Below, one piece after another: positions 27,438 to 36,710 of a stretch of 64,000 nt of DNA. Both the position numbers and the translations under genes were made by a program. The notes beneath the pieces are model-generated. The model saw nothing but the letters and a program-made list of their open reading frames with translations, did not search any database and was not told the origin of the DNA. Numbering within the stretch: the first letter of the stretch is position 1; each line of letters begins with the position of its first letter. The DNA lies in the IMG/VR virus record IMGVR_UViG_3300023174_000042, positions 1 through 64,000 of that record; one strand, 5' to 3'.

Positions 27438-28337
27438 ATGAACTCCCTTCACGAAGATATAAGAAGAATAAAAAAATTAATGAATCTACTTGAGGGCGAA
27501 CAACTCTATTTAGATTTAGATTTTGGCGAAAAGGACCAAAACAAAATTACAATTAATAGTCCTGAATTTAGTAAAGCGTTTAAAGAAAAAGTTTTTTTTA
27601 TATTAAAGGATATATACGGAAATACAAATTGGTCAAATCAAAAGGGTAAAGGAACAAGAGGTCGTGGTGGATTTGTAAATTTATACACTGTCTATGATTT
27701 AATGAAACAAAAAGGACTTGATGACTATGAAAAAGAAGGTGGTGATTGGTCAATAATAAATTATTTTGACACAAATCCACAAGTAAGAAAATATTTAGTA
27801 AATCTATGGAGAGCTGAGACTTCTAATGAATTGAAAAATGAAGAAAGTATTAAAGATTTTATTTTATGGATGTCAAGAAATAGAAATAAAATTTTCAAAG
27901 AAGGTCCTATACTTAAAAATTTGGTAGATTTGAATGCAACCTCTCTTTATAACGGAGAGCTAAATGAAAGAAAGGCTCACGAATATTTGTCAAAAGTTTT
28001 AAAAGAACTTCCTGATTGGGAACTTTTGAAAAGGTCTTTACCAGGTTCTACAAATGACAGAAAAGGTATTGACATCAAAATGAAAAATAAAAAAACAAAT
28101 AATGAGGCCGATTTTCAAGTAAAACCTTTATCAAACTTTGAAAAAACAAAAGATGGTTATTTGATTACTTCATATAATATAGTTGGTTTGAATGAAAAAC
28201 CTGTAGATTATTTTATATTTGCTTCTCACAATGTTGATGACGTATATATATTTAAAAATATAATAGGAAATTATGAAATTTTAAGCGATACAAAAGTTTT
28301 ATTTAAGGATAAACCTATAGAGTTTAAGTATTTATAA
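27438..28337 (+). CDS. leader-bearing protein with putative PD-(D/E)XK nuclease domain
   Basis: GELNE...DRKGID...FQVKP; TATTTATA at 27415-27422. Confidence 0.5.
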   Translation: MNSLHEDIRRIKKLMNLLEGEQLYLDLDFGEKDQNKITINSPEFSKAFKEKVFFILKDIYGNTNWSNQKGKGTRGRGGFVNLYTVYDLMKQKGLDDYEKEGGDWSIINYFDTNPQVRKYLVNLWRAETSNELKNEESIKDFILWMSRNRNKIFKEGPILKNLVDLNATSLYNGELNERKAHEYLSKVLKELPDWELLKRSLPGSTNDRKGIDIKMKNKKTNNEADFQVKPLSNFEKTKDGYLITSYNIVGLNEKPVDYFIFASHNVDDVYIFKNIIGNYEILSDTKVLFKDKPIEFKYL

Positions 28338-28340
28338 AAT

Positions 28341-29456
28341 ATGAGTTTAGAAAGAGCAAGACAATTAGTTGATTCATTTAATGATGGCGAATTTGAAGAT
28401 GAAATTGAGCCATATTTTAATGACCTTATTACTTTTTTTAAGTTTGTTAAAAAATATGGTCTTTTAGATGAAATTGATTTAGGTCAAATAGACCATCGTG
28501 ATTGGGATGATGAACTATTTAACTTTTTAGATGAAAATGGTGTTTTAACAAATCTTAGTTATGATGATTCACCTGAAGAACTTAAAAATTTATTACTTCT
28601 AAGAAATTTAGAAGACAACTACGAAGATACAGTTTATTTTATAATTAAAAATCTAATAACTGATGTTGAAATTAGAAATGGTGGTTTTTATCTAAGATTA
28701 AGAGATAGAGAAGAGTTAAGTGAATATTTTTGTAGTGGTAGTAGAAGAGGTGATAGTGACTCTAGACATGTTGCAAAACTAATTTTAAGTGATGAAGGTT
28801 TAGGTCACGATTGGTATTATGATTCTAGTATGACACCATACGATACAGTAGATGTTTTAAATGATTCTAATATTACACATCTTAAAGATGTTATTTATAA
28901 AAAAATAGGAAATCAAGAATTATCTTTAGAGGATTATGATTCGGACTTTTTTGAACACTTATCTGAAATACAAGAAACTGAAGGTTATTTTAGAATAAGA
29001 CCTGAAGATTTAAACGACCTATTAAAAGATAGTGACGCATCAAACGAACTTTTTAAAAATGATTTGGAAGATTTAGGTTCTGAGTTGAGAAGTGTCTATT
29101 ACAGCGCTGAAAATACAGCATACGAAGATGAGGTTTATGATTCCGTTTATAATGGTTTGGAGGAATACTTTGAGGGTCGTATTGATGAAGTTCCAAGAAA
29201 GGTCGGTGAAAAAACCAAATACGACCAATATATTAAAATCAGAGATTTTATTGGGAATATAACAACATTTTTAGAAAATAATAAGGTTGCAACATATTCT
29301 GACTCTTTTTTAGAATATTTTGGTGGATATACAACACTTATTAATAGTATGATTTATAATGGTGAATTAGAATGTATTGATATTAGAATACCTGATTATC
29401 CTGATTGGGACAGAACAAGAAGATACATTAACGAAATGTTTGAAGATTATATTTAA
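28341..29456 (+). CDS. acidic late-class hypothetical protein
   Basis: TATTTATA 4 nt before ATG; D/E-rich. Confidence 0.75.
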   Translation: MSLERARQLVDSFNDGEFEDEIEPYFNDLITFFKFVKKYGLLDEIDLGQIDHRDWDDELFNFLDENGVLTNLSYDDSPEELKNLLLLRNLEDNYEDTVYFIIKNLITDVEIRNGGFYLRLRDREELSEYFCSGSRRGDSDSRHVAKLILSDEGLGHDWYYDSSMTPYDTVDVLNDSNITHLKDVIYKKIGNQELSLEDYDSDFFEHLSEIQETEGYFRIRPEDLNDLLKDSDASNELFKNDLEDLGSELRSVYYSAENTAYEDEVYDSVYNGLEEYFEGRIDEVPRKVGEKTKYDQYIKIRDFIGNITTFLENNKVATYSDSFLEYFGGYTTLINSMIYNGELECIDIRIPDYPDWDRTRRYINEMFEDYI

Positions 29457-29505
29457 CTATTTATAGTTTCATTTAATTCTCATATTAATTATAAAAATTA
29501 AACAT

Positions 29506-30201
29506 ATGAGAAAATTAGAAAAAAACACAAGACGGTATTTTGTAAACCTATTTGCAGACTACATCCTGTCAAAATTCGACAAAAAAGAAAATACAATTAT
29601 TCAAATAACTGATTATGAATCTTTTGTTGTTGTAAATGGTCAAACAACAAGTAAAGAAATTATGGACCTTAATGAAATTAAATATGAGTTTTCAAATTGG
29701 TTTGATGATCTTTTAAGTTATTTAGGTATTAAAGAAATAAACATAATTGATGTAATAAAGTATGATCAAGAAATTTCTGATTTTGATAACAAATGGATTT
29801 TTGTTTCTAAAGAACTTTATACTATTGAACAAGAACCGATTTCTGAATTAAATTGTAGTTCGGAATTTCCTTACGGACATAGTTTAAGTTGCGGTAGATC
29901 AATTTTTTATTATACAAATTATATATTTAACCATATGTATTCCTTACTTGGCACTGATCAAACTTATTTTTATTACACCACCGAACAAAATGAAGATGAA
30001 GATTATAAAATTAAAGTTTCATGTAATTCCATAATTGACTCTAAAAAAATTAAAAGTTTGATTTTAGATTGTTTTGATATGGATTTGACAGAATTCAATA
30101 ACCGTCTTAGTGAATATTCATTTATGGATGATATTTTAGATCAAACATTAAATAAACCTTATTTAATTCAAGACAGGTTAGAAGATGTAATTTTAGTATA
30201 A
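29506..30201 (+). CDS. hypothetical protein, possibly a degenerate S-adenosylmethionine synthetase-like fold
   Basis: FADYIL...VVVNGQTTSK resembles MetK ISDAIL...V.GEITT; canonical MetK motifs absent. Confidence 0.35.
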   Translation: MRKLEKNTRRYFVNLFADYILSKFDKKENTIIQITDYESFVVVNGQTTSKEIMDLNEIKYEFSNWFDDLLSYLGIKEINIIDVIKYDQEISDFDNKWIFVSKELYTIEQEPISELNCSSEFPYGHSLSCGRSIFYYTNYIFNHMYSLLGTDQTYFYYTTEQNEDEDYKIKVSCNSIIDSKKIKSLILDCFDMDLTEFNNRLSEYSFMDDILDQTLNKPYLIQDRLEDVILV

Positions 30202-30202
30202 A

Positions 30203-30233
30203 AATAAACCCCATTTTTAAGGTGGGGTTTTTT
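30203..30233. terminator. bidirectional terminator between convergent genes
   Basis: AAACCCCA...TGGGGTTT with A and T tracts. Confidence 0.8.
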
Positions 30234-30235
30234 AT

Positions 30236-30523
30236 TTATCTTTTGTAAAACTCTTTTATTATTTTTACTCCATGTTTTACATCCTCAAAATCCCTGTCAG
30301 GAGCGTATAAACCAGTTATGGGAGTTTCACTTTCAGGATTTTCAATTAACATAAATGCAGGAACAAAATCATTTCCTGTTGCTTCAACAAACATATCATA
30401 CTCTTCTTCATACTCTTCAATATCTCTGTCAATAAAGTCTATTTCTGATTCTGTTAACATGTTTTTAAAAGTATGACAATGAGGACAACTTTTCATTGTA
30501 AAAACTACCGCTATTTTATCCAT
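30236..30523 (-). CDS. glutaredoxin/thioredoxin-like protein
   Basis: CPHC, VPAF. Confidence 0.8.
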   Translation of the reverse strand: MDKIAVVFTMKSCPHCHTFKNMLTESEIDFIDRDIEEYEEEYDMFVEATGNDFVPAFMLIENPESETPITGLYAPDRDFEDVKHGVKIIKEFYKR

Positions 30524-30546
30524 AAATTATTTTATAAATATTTATT

Positions 30547-30894
30547 TTAATCTTTTTTTAGTTTTTTCAAACTTAATATAAAAAACTCAACGTCTTTTTT
30601 CTTTCTTATAGGATAATAAATCTTACAAGAAAATGAAGAGACAATTGGATCGCTTTTAGATAAATATATATAAACATTTTCATCGAATAAAAAAATTGAG
30701 TCTGAATAAGATATTCCATTAGAGTATTGGACTCCTTCCATTAGGTATTGAACAAATTTATTCTTATCAATTAAAATTTCAGGTGATAATTGGTGTCCAT
30801 CTGCTAATTCAAAAATTGAAAATAATTCATTACTTTGATCAGTTATAAAGTTCAAAAATCTTTCTTCGTGTTTAAATATTTTTGGTTTTTCCAT
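30547..30894 (-). CDS. hypothetical protein
   Basis: ORF track. Confidence 0.7.
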   Translation of the reverse strand: MEKPKIFKHEERFLNFITDQSNELFSIFELADGHQLSPEILIDKNKFVQYLMEGVQYSNGISYSDSIFLFDENVYIYLSKSDPIVSSFSCKIYYPIRKKKDVEFFILSLKKLKKD

Positions 30895-30900
30895 AATTCA

Positions 30901-30928
30901 AAATGGGGGTCAGTGACCCCCGTTTTTT
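30901..30928. terminator. intrinsic terminator
   Basis: AAAATGGGGGTC-AGT-GACCCCCGTTTT. Confidence 0.75.
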
Positions 30929-31688
30929 AGTTTAAGACCAATTCTTCAGCGGCTTCCCAAAGTTTGGTATTTAGATTATGTGATGCTTGAATGCTTTTAA
31001 TTCCTCGTAGTTTAGTTGTTCGACCTTTTGGTGTTTGATAGGAAAATCCACCTCTTGTCATTTTCTCTTGAATTACGTTAAATACGGTCCAAAGATCACT
31101 TCCTTCATCTTCAGGTCGAAATGGTGTTAAAAGTTCTGAAATGTCAAGTGCTGAAGGCGCACTACCCAAAGCCCATCGAATCTCAACCGCCTTTTTGATC
31201 AAACGAAGTTTTTCTTTTTCGTTTAATTCTTTTTCCATCATTCGAGAAACAGAAGCCTCAATTTTTGGAAGTTTTTTAGAGAAGTCTTCTGCTAATCCTT
31301 TAACCTCATCTAAAGAAAAATGATTGTGACGAATTGAAAAACGTTCAACAACTGATGTGGGAACTGTGAGTCCGTTGGAGCATACTAGTCTGAAAAGTCC
31401 TGCTCCCATCGAAAATGTTGCTGATCCATCGTGAGAGTTACGAATAATTGCCTCAACAACCGTATCACCAACTTTGGGTAGTTGTCCGTTACGATATTTT
31501 AATTCATGAACGTTATGAATTCCTCTACCTGTTTGTTTTACAGATGAAAGTTGCCAACCTTCACGATCAAACATTTCCATAACCTCGTGTGTTGGGACAA
31601 ACTCATACTTGTTTGTCATTTTTAATGATGGAGATGTTGCGAATACTGCTGGAGCAATTGATTTGATTAATTCTGGTGTATATATCAT
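30927..31688 (-). CDS. DUF932/DUF945 family protein
   Basis: KYEFVPT, NSHDGS, GLFRLVCSNGL, LWTVFNVIQE, LNTKLW. Confidence 0.85.
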   Translation of the reverse strand: MIYTPELIKSIAPAVFATSPSLKMTNKYEFVPTHEVMEMFDREGWQLSSVKQTGRGIHNVHELKYRNGQLPKVGDTVVEAIIRNSHDGSATFSMGAGLFRLVCSNGLTVPTSVVERFSIRHNHFSLDEVKGLAEDFSKKLPKIEASVSRMMEKELNEKEKLRLIKKAVEIRWALGSAPSALDISELLTPFRPEDEGSDLWTVFNVIQEKMTRGGFSYQTPKGRTTKLRGIKSIQASHNLNTKLWEAAEELVLN

Positions 31689-31692
31689 AGTT

Positions 31693-31809
31693 TTAATTAT
31701 TTTCTTTGTTTTTGTGTTTTTGTTTTCTTGAATACGATTTTTTACTCTTCTGAACTGAAGGTCTAGTAGCCGCCCATATTTCTTTCATAGTAAGTTCTAT
31801 TGTTTTCAT
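31693..31809 (-). CDS. 38-aa basic peptide with ArfA-like C-terminal motif (not in ORF track)
   Basis: MKTIELTMKEIWAATRPSVQKSKKSYSRKQKHKNKENN; first ORF after a consensus promoter. Confidence 0.6.
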   Translation of the reverse strand: MKTIELTMKEIWAATRPSVQKSKKSYSRKQKHKNKENN

Positions 31810-31832
31810 TTCGCTTTTTGTTAATCACATTA

Positions 31833-31863
31833 CAAAGATAAATAAGTTTTAATAAATACCAAA
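31833..31863 (-). promoter_or_regulatory. Bacteroidota sigma70-type promoter
   Basis: TTTGG-N18-TATCTTTG. Confidence 0.75.
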
Positions 31864-31872
31864 CTTTTTTAT

Positions 31873-31904
31873 AAAAAAAAAACCACAGTTTTCTGACTGT
31901 GGTT
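31873..31904 (-). terminator. intrinsic terminator
   Basis: AACCACAG-N8-CTGTGGTT plus long U tract on the minus strand. Confidence 0.7.
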
Positions 31905-31925
31905 AAATTAATTGTATTCTAACAA

Positions 31926-32207
31926 TCAATTTAAATTAATATCGCCCCATTTTGTGATCTGAATATAAGATTCAACACTTTCTTCCGTTATTTCAGGGAT
32001 TTTTAAACTTAAAACAATTTCAATCATTTGATCTCTTGATATAATGTGATCACCTCCATTTTTTGAGTTTTTTTCACATTGTTCTCTCAGTTTGTCAAAA
32101 AATTGTTTTTTTTGAACGTCCCCAATTAATGTCATGAGATCATTTGGATTATTTTCAAAAAAAGTAACGAGTTGGCTAATGTATATTTCGCAGTCTATGT
32201 TTCCCAT
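31926..32207 (-). CDS. hypothetical protein
   Basis: ORF track. Confidence 0.7.
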   Translation of the reverse strand: MGNIDCEIYISQLVTFFENNPNDLMTLIGDVQKKQFFDKLREQCEKNSKNGGDHIISRDQMIEIVLSLKIPEITEESVESYIQITKWGDINLN

Positions 32208-32245
32208 GATATAAAAATAAGGTTTTTATTAAATTAAATCAAAAA

Positions 32246-33487
32246 TTAAATATCCAAATCACTCAAATCAACATCACCATAGTCCTCATCTTCGTCATCA
32301 TCATAACCCATCGCTTCTTTATAATCTTGTTCTTTAAGTTCTTTTACAATATCATCAACCATTTCTTGAATAAATCTTTCTCCTTGTGGATCACCTTTAA
32401 GAATCATTTTGGCAACTCTCATAAATTCTTCAGCATCAAGGGCGGAAAATCTCATGAAAAGATAATGTTGGATATGTTTTTTATCTTCATCAAATAACTC
32501 AAGTGGATATGTTGCTAAAAACTTTTCCCAAAATATCGGACCAAGTCTTGAATCCCAAATTTCAGCAGGAAGTGTGTCTTCAGCTTTCAATATCATTTCT
32601 TGTTGTCTTGGATCATCAGGAAGACCGTGTGTTCCAAATATTTCATAAACACCTTTAACAAGTTCATGAACAAGTAATGGAAATGTTACTGCTCTTGCCT
32701 TTACTGTTGGTGGATCAGTTTCTTCATCAACTTCTGATTGTCCCATTTGACCACCACCACCTCCGGCCATTCCTTCCATGTCAGGAAACAACCAATAAGC
32801 GTGTTCCATAAGAGACTGAGTTACAGCGTATAGATTCATTAATTGTGGATTGATATCATTAATTTCATCTCTTACAAGATTATACATATGACCACCTTTA
32901 AATGCCGCTCCTTGAATTAAGGAATTAATGAATCTTCTTTTTTCTCTTTCTAAATTAAAGTTTTCCATGTCTCCCATTAGTTCTTCCACTTCTTCTTCAC
33001 TTGGCATTTCAGATTCGCTTTGCATTCCTTCCGCTGCGCTCATGGGTTGCATAACAAGTTTTGCGTCAAATTGCATTGCTCCTTCAGGAATACCTAATTC
33101 GTTTTTGACCAATTCTACTGCTAAGTTTTCAAGTTCTTCTTTATTTTGAGATTGAATCATAATTACTCTTTGAAGTGCTTGTCCAACGGACATCATAAGT
33201 TGCATTAGAGCGTTTGGTCCTTGGATAGTTCTTGTATCTCCCATTGCCATTCTAACTTTTTCAACCGAATCCTTGAATCTTTTAGAAGATATTAACTCGA
33301 TAAAATCTTGGTCCATTTCTGGCATTGCAGGAAATTTATGATATGGTGTTTGTTTTCCTGTGATTTTTCTTTCGATATCCCCTGCCATTCTTTCAGGTCC
33401 TTCGTAGTCGATTGGGGCTTCCATAAGTCTTAGTAACTCTTTTTTGGTAATACCTTCGGTATATAATCTTTTTTTAATATTTTTCAT
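32246..33487 (-). CDS. late-class hypothetical protein with acidic tail
   Basis: 413 aa; leader ends LRLME; VHELVKG. Confidence 0.75.
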   Translation of the reverse strand: MKNIKKRLYTEGITKKELLRLMEAPIDYEGPERMAGDIERKITGKQTPYHKFPAMPEMDQDFIELISSKRFKDSVEKVRMAMGDTRTIQGPNALMQLMMSVGQALQRVIMIQSQNKEELENLAVELVKNELGIPEGAMQFDAKLVMQPMSAAEGMQSESEMPSEEEVEELMGDMENFNLEREKRRFINSLIQGAAFKGGHMYNLVRDEINDINPQLMNLYAVTQSLMEHAYWLFPDMEGMAGGGGGQMGQSEVDEETDPPTVKARAVTFPLLVHELVKGVYEIFGTHGLPDDPRQQEMILKAEDTLPAEIWDSRLGPIFWEKFLATYPLELFDEDKKHIQHYLFMRFSALDAEEFMRVAKMILKGDPQGERFIQEMVDDIVKELKEQDYKEAMGYDDDEDEDYGDVDLSDLDI

Positions 33488-33488
33488 T

Positions 33489-33845
33489 TTATCTTATATT
33501 AATTCCAAGTTTATCAAAAGTTAACCAATCTGGCATTTCTTCTTTTCTTGCCTTGGGGTTTTTCTTTGGTCCTGGTTTTGGTCTATATGGAGTTCCGGGT
33601 TTATTTGGTTTTGTTGGTGTTTTAATTCCCGGTCTAACAGGTGTTTCAATTTCTCTGTTTTCAAAAGTTTCATCTTTAAGATAATTTAAATCCTCTTCTT
33701 CTTCATTCCACTCTTCATCCATTTCAATTTCTTCAAAATCCACATCTTCAGATTCAAATTGTTCTTGTTCAGAAATTACACGACCTCTATTGTAATTAAA
33801 AAGATATTTAATATCCTTTAATTCCTCGTTTAATTTATTTTTCAT
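33489..33845 (-). CDS. leader-bearing protein with acidic and Pro/Lys-rich segments (start reassigned to MKNKLNE)
   Basis: TATTTATT at 33861-33868; leader ends VISE. Confidence 0.7.
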   Translation of the reverse strand: MKNKLNEELKDIKYLFNYNRGRVISEQEQFESEDVDFEEIEMDEEWNEEEEDLNYLKDETFENREIETPVRPGIKTPTKPNKPGTPYRPKPGPKKNPKARKEEMPDWLTFDKLGINIR

Positions 33846-33878
33846 AGATATTTTTTTTTTAATAAATATCAAGGTTTT

Positions 33879-34163
33879 TTATTCTGGCACCATATAATAA
33901 TGATAACCCAAAGAATAATACAAAAATTGTCCTTTTTTTCTCAAAACATCATTTAAATTTTCTCGATTATCAACTTTAACACCAACAATTTTGCGTCCTT
34001 TAATTAGTTTTCTTCCATGGTGTGTATTTAATACATCTTCAACCGGATCCAAATAGTATTTAAGTTTTTTAATTAAAGACTTTTTATCTCCAACAGGACT
34101 AATGTCGTATTGTTTGCAAAGTAATTTGATTTCGGGTAATTCGAGTTCGTTTAGATCTTCCAT
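33879..34163 (-). CDS. SAP/HeH-like DNA-binding domain protein
   Basis: LELPEIKLLCKQYDISPVGDKKSLIKKL; TATCTTTG 4 nt before ATG. Confidence 0.55.
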   Translation of the reverse strand: MEDLNELELPEIKLLCKQYDISPVGDKKSLIKKLKYYLDPVEDVLNTHHGRKLIKGRKIVGVKVDNRENLNDVLRKKGQFLYYSLGYHYYMVPE

Positions 34164-34181
34164 ACCACAAAGATAAGAAAA

Positions 34182-34421
34182 TTATTTTATTTGACCAAAA
34201 GTGAAATTTGAAAAATAATTTTTGTATTTAGCATCAAAGTAGTTCCAAGTTGGTTTTTTATTCATTTCTTTATCATAGAAGCCTTTTGTATATGCTTCAT
34301 TGATAAGTCTTTTTTCATCTTCTTTAACTTGATTTTTTAATATCGTTAAAGCCAACTTTGTTTCTTCAGAAAGTCCTTCTGTTTTTGATAAATCTATAAT
34401 TTTTTTTTCAATTGGTCCCAT
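34182..34421 (-). CDS. hypothetical protein
   Basis: ORF track. Confidence 0.7.
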   Translation of the reverse strand: MGPIEKKIIDLSKTEGLSEETKLALTILKNQVKEDEKRLINEAYTKGFYDKEMNKKPTWNYFDAKYKNYFSNFTFGQIK

Positions 34422-34440
34422 AGTGATAATAATTATAAAT

Positions 34441-35028
34441 TTAAATTTCTTTTAGATCAAGATCCACATCAATTGGTATTCCGTATTTTTCTAACTTTTT
34501 GTAAAAAAAGTCATAAACCTCACTTCTTAAATAAGCAAGAAGATCTCCAGTCTCATAATTACCCTGAGCCTCTAAATAAGCAGCTTCAATCGTATCATTT
34601 ACTTCTATTTCTCTATCAGTTCCTTCTTCATACATGTTGAAGTTCATTGTTCCTTGATCGTCAACATACACAAAAATATCAACTCCAAAATCTTCTCCTA
34701 ATCTACCAAACTGATTTACTTCAATAACCTTAATTCTTGTATCAAGATTACCCCAACTACTTTTCAGATCATATATTTTATCATCAATTTCATTTTTTAA
34801 TTTTTTAAATAGGTTATTAAAACCACCGTTGTATTCATACCAAATGGGTCTAATAAGTTGGAAGTCTTCGTTTGTATTTTTTCTAATGTCTGTAATGTCA
34901 TATATCACATCATCAAGATGTGGTTCTTCACCCATCTTTTTTTGTTTATTCCATACCGTATAGCAAAGTTTTCGAAGGTTATCTTCGGTTAATCTATTAT
35001 ATTGTTTTTCTGTAATTATTATTTTCAT
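34441..35028 (-). CDS. MKIIITE-leader cassette protein 5
   Basis: ATG 35028 overlaps upstream stop (TAATG); MKIIITEKQYNRLTE. Confidence 0.8.
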   Translation of the reverse strand: MKIIITEKQYNRLTEDNLRKLCYTVWNKQKKMGEEPHLDDVIYDITDIRKNTNEDFQLIRPIWYEYNGGFNNLFKKLKNEIDDKIYDLKSSWGNLDTRIKVIEVNQFGRLGEDFGVDIFVYVDDQGTMNFNMYEEGTDREIEVNDTIEAAYLEAQGNYETGDLLAYLRSEVYDFFYKKLEKYGIPIDVDLDLKEI

Positions 35029-35378
35029 TACCAATCTGTTCTTGGATTTTCGTTTATAACATTAAGTAATTTGAATTTGAAATTATTTTTCCCTAAATAG
35101 TTTTCCAAATTTAATTTTAAGTCCCACAAATAGTCACCAACATCAAATGTGTCAAAAATTGTATCTATATAAATAATTATTCCTAACTCAACAACATTAT
35201 CAGTCTTGTATGCCGTTACCACATCAATTTTTGTAATCGCTTCGTAATTATCCCCATATCCACCTTCATCATAATAATCTTCTTCTTTTATGTTATCAGC
35301 AATGTCTTTCCAAGCCATATCAACCGCATTTTGAAATGATATAGTTTTTAATTGTGATTCTGTTATTATTATTTTCAT
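35028..35378 (-). CDS. MKIIITE-leader cassette protein 4
   Basis: MKIIITESQL; TATTTATT 4 nt before ATG. Confidence 0.8.
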   Translation of the reverse strand: MKIIITESQLKTISFQNAVDMAWKDIADNIKEEDYYDEGGYGDNYEAITKIDVVTAYKTDNVVELGIIIYIDTIFDTFDVGDYLWDLKLNLENYLGKNNFKFKLLNVINENPRTDW

Positions 35379-35380
35379 TT

Positions 35381-35932
35381 CTAATAAATAGTAACCAAAG
35401 GAACCGTTACATAATATCCTGTAACAGGTAAAATTATTTCATTCATGCAATCTTGAACAACATCATTAACTTCTTCTTGGATTTCCCAACCTATATCTTC
35501 ATCCTCCAAAGCTTGATCTAAGGTTAGATGTCTTCCATCCTCCATAAGTGTTACGGAACCTCCAGGTAGAGTTTTTCCATATAGAAAAACATCATAATCT
35601 CTATATTCCATATTAGTGATTTCCCACTCAAAATCATAACCACCAACTAATCTTTCACTAAAATCTTTTGTTGAAAATTTCTTGTTTTTTAATGTATTTA
35701 TAAATTTTTTAACAAATGCCTCATCCCCAACTAATTCTTGAAATTCTGTTTGAGCGTGTAACTTATCGGTAAATTCGGTTATACCCCAAAATTCAAGTTC
35801 ATCTCTATCAAATCTAATTTTGTTACCTTTTTCTAACTCTTTTTTCCAATACTTAATAACCGCACCAATACCTTTATTTCGGTAAGATTCTTTAATAAGA
35901 CTATATTGTTTATTAGATATTATTACTTTCAT
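35381..35932 (-). CDS. MKIIITE-leader cassette protein 3
   Basis: MKVIISNKQYSLIKE. Confidence 0.8.
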   Translation of the reverse strand: MKVIISNKQYSLIKESYRNKGIGAVIKYWKKELEKGNKIRFDRDELEFWGITEFTDKLHAQTEFQELVGDEAFVKKFINTLKNKKFSTKDFSERLVGGYDFEWEITNMEYRDYDVFLYGKTLPGGSVTLMEDGRHLTLDQALEDEDIGWEIQEEVNDVVQDCMNEIILPVTGYYVTVPLVTIY

Positions 35933-36255
35933 AATTCCGCTTTGATATATTTTACATCAACATTAAATTTATTTTCAAAAGAGTTTTTAATCATATCTAA
36001 CACTTTTTCTTTTTTGATTGGGAACCAAGATTCTAAGTTGTTTAAATATTTTTTTGATATCCACAATCTACCATCAGATTTATCATATTCAATAAACGGC
36101 TCGTTATCAATGTTCCAAACATTTCTCTTATCCCAAATAACAATATAATAATCAACATAAGAAGGTTCATTTTCATCTAAGGTATCATCTACGAGTGATT
36201 TAATAAAATCATTCAATAGTTTTTTTTTCTGTGATTCTGTAATTATTATTTTCAT
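35929..36255 (-). CDS. MKIIITE-leader cassette protein 2
   Basis: MKIIITESQKKKL. Confidence 0.8.
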   Translation of the reverse strand: MKIIITESQKKKLLNDFIKSLVDDTLDENEPSYVDYYIVIWDKRNVWNIDNEPFIEYDKSDGRLWISKKYLNNLESWFPIKKEKVLDMIKNSFENKFNVDVKYIKAEL

Positions 36256-36257
36256 GA

Positions 36258-36632
36258 CTATACAATATTAGCCCCACTTACCTCTTTTATTTCAATATCA
36301 GGAAAAAGTCCTTTGAAGTAATCATAAACTGCGTTTTTTAAGTGTCTTGACATTATATGAGAAGGTATATAATCTTCCATATCTCTATCTATTGAATAAT
36401 CGTAATATAGTGATTTTGATTCTTTTCTATACACAAATAAAGGTTCCCCGTTTTCGTTCATCAAATATATTGAGTTGTGAACCTCACCCCAACTTTTAAC
36501 ATCTTTAGAAATGGTCTTTAAAAACAACTTCTTATATTTTGGGTATTCATCCTCATACTTAGCATCAAAACGATCTCTTCTATAAGTTTCGTTGATTAAA
36601 TCAAGTTGATGTTGGGTTACAATGATTTTCAT
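36258..36632 (-). CDS. MKIIITE-leader cassette protein 1
   Basis: MKIIVTQHQLDLINE; TATTTATC 4 nt before ATG. Confidence 0.8.
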   Translation of the reverse strand: MKIIVTQHQLDLINETYRRDRFDAKYEDEYPKYKKLFLKTISKDVKSWGEVHNSIYLMNENGEPLFVYRKESKSLYYDYSIDRDMEDYIPSHIMSRHLKNAVYDYFKGLFPDIEIKEVSGANIV

Positions 36633-36654
36633 ATAAGATAAATACTTTATAAAA

Positions 36655-36690
36655 GAAAAAACCCCCGATCAAAAGAAAGAAGGGGGGTTA
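36655..36690 (-). terminator. intrinsic terminator
   Basis: ACCCCC...GGGGGGT stem with U tract on the minus strand. Confidence 0.6.
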
Positions 36691-36710
36691 TGTTTTTATT
36701 TAATTTAATA

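Noticed and set aside
31693-31809. Suspected frameshift in an A run of the small basic ORF
   Set aside because: Recounting gives six A's; the frame is intact through SKKSYSRKQKHK.
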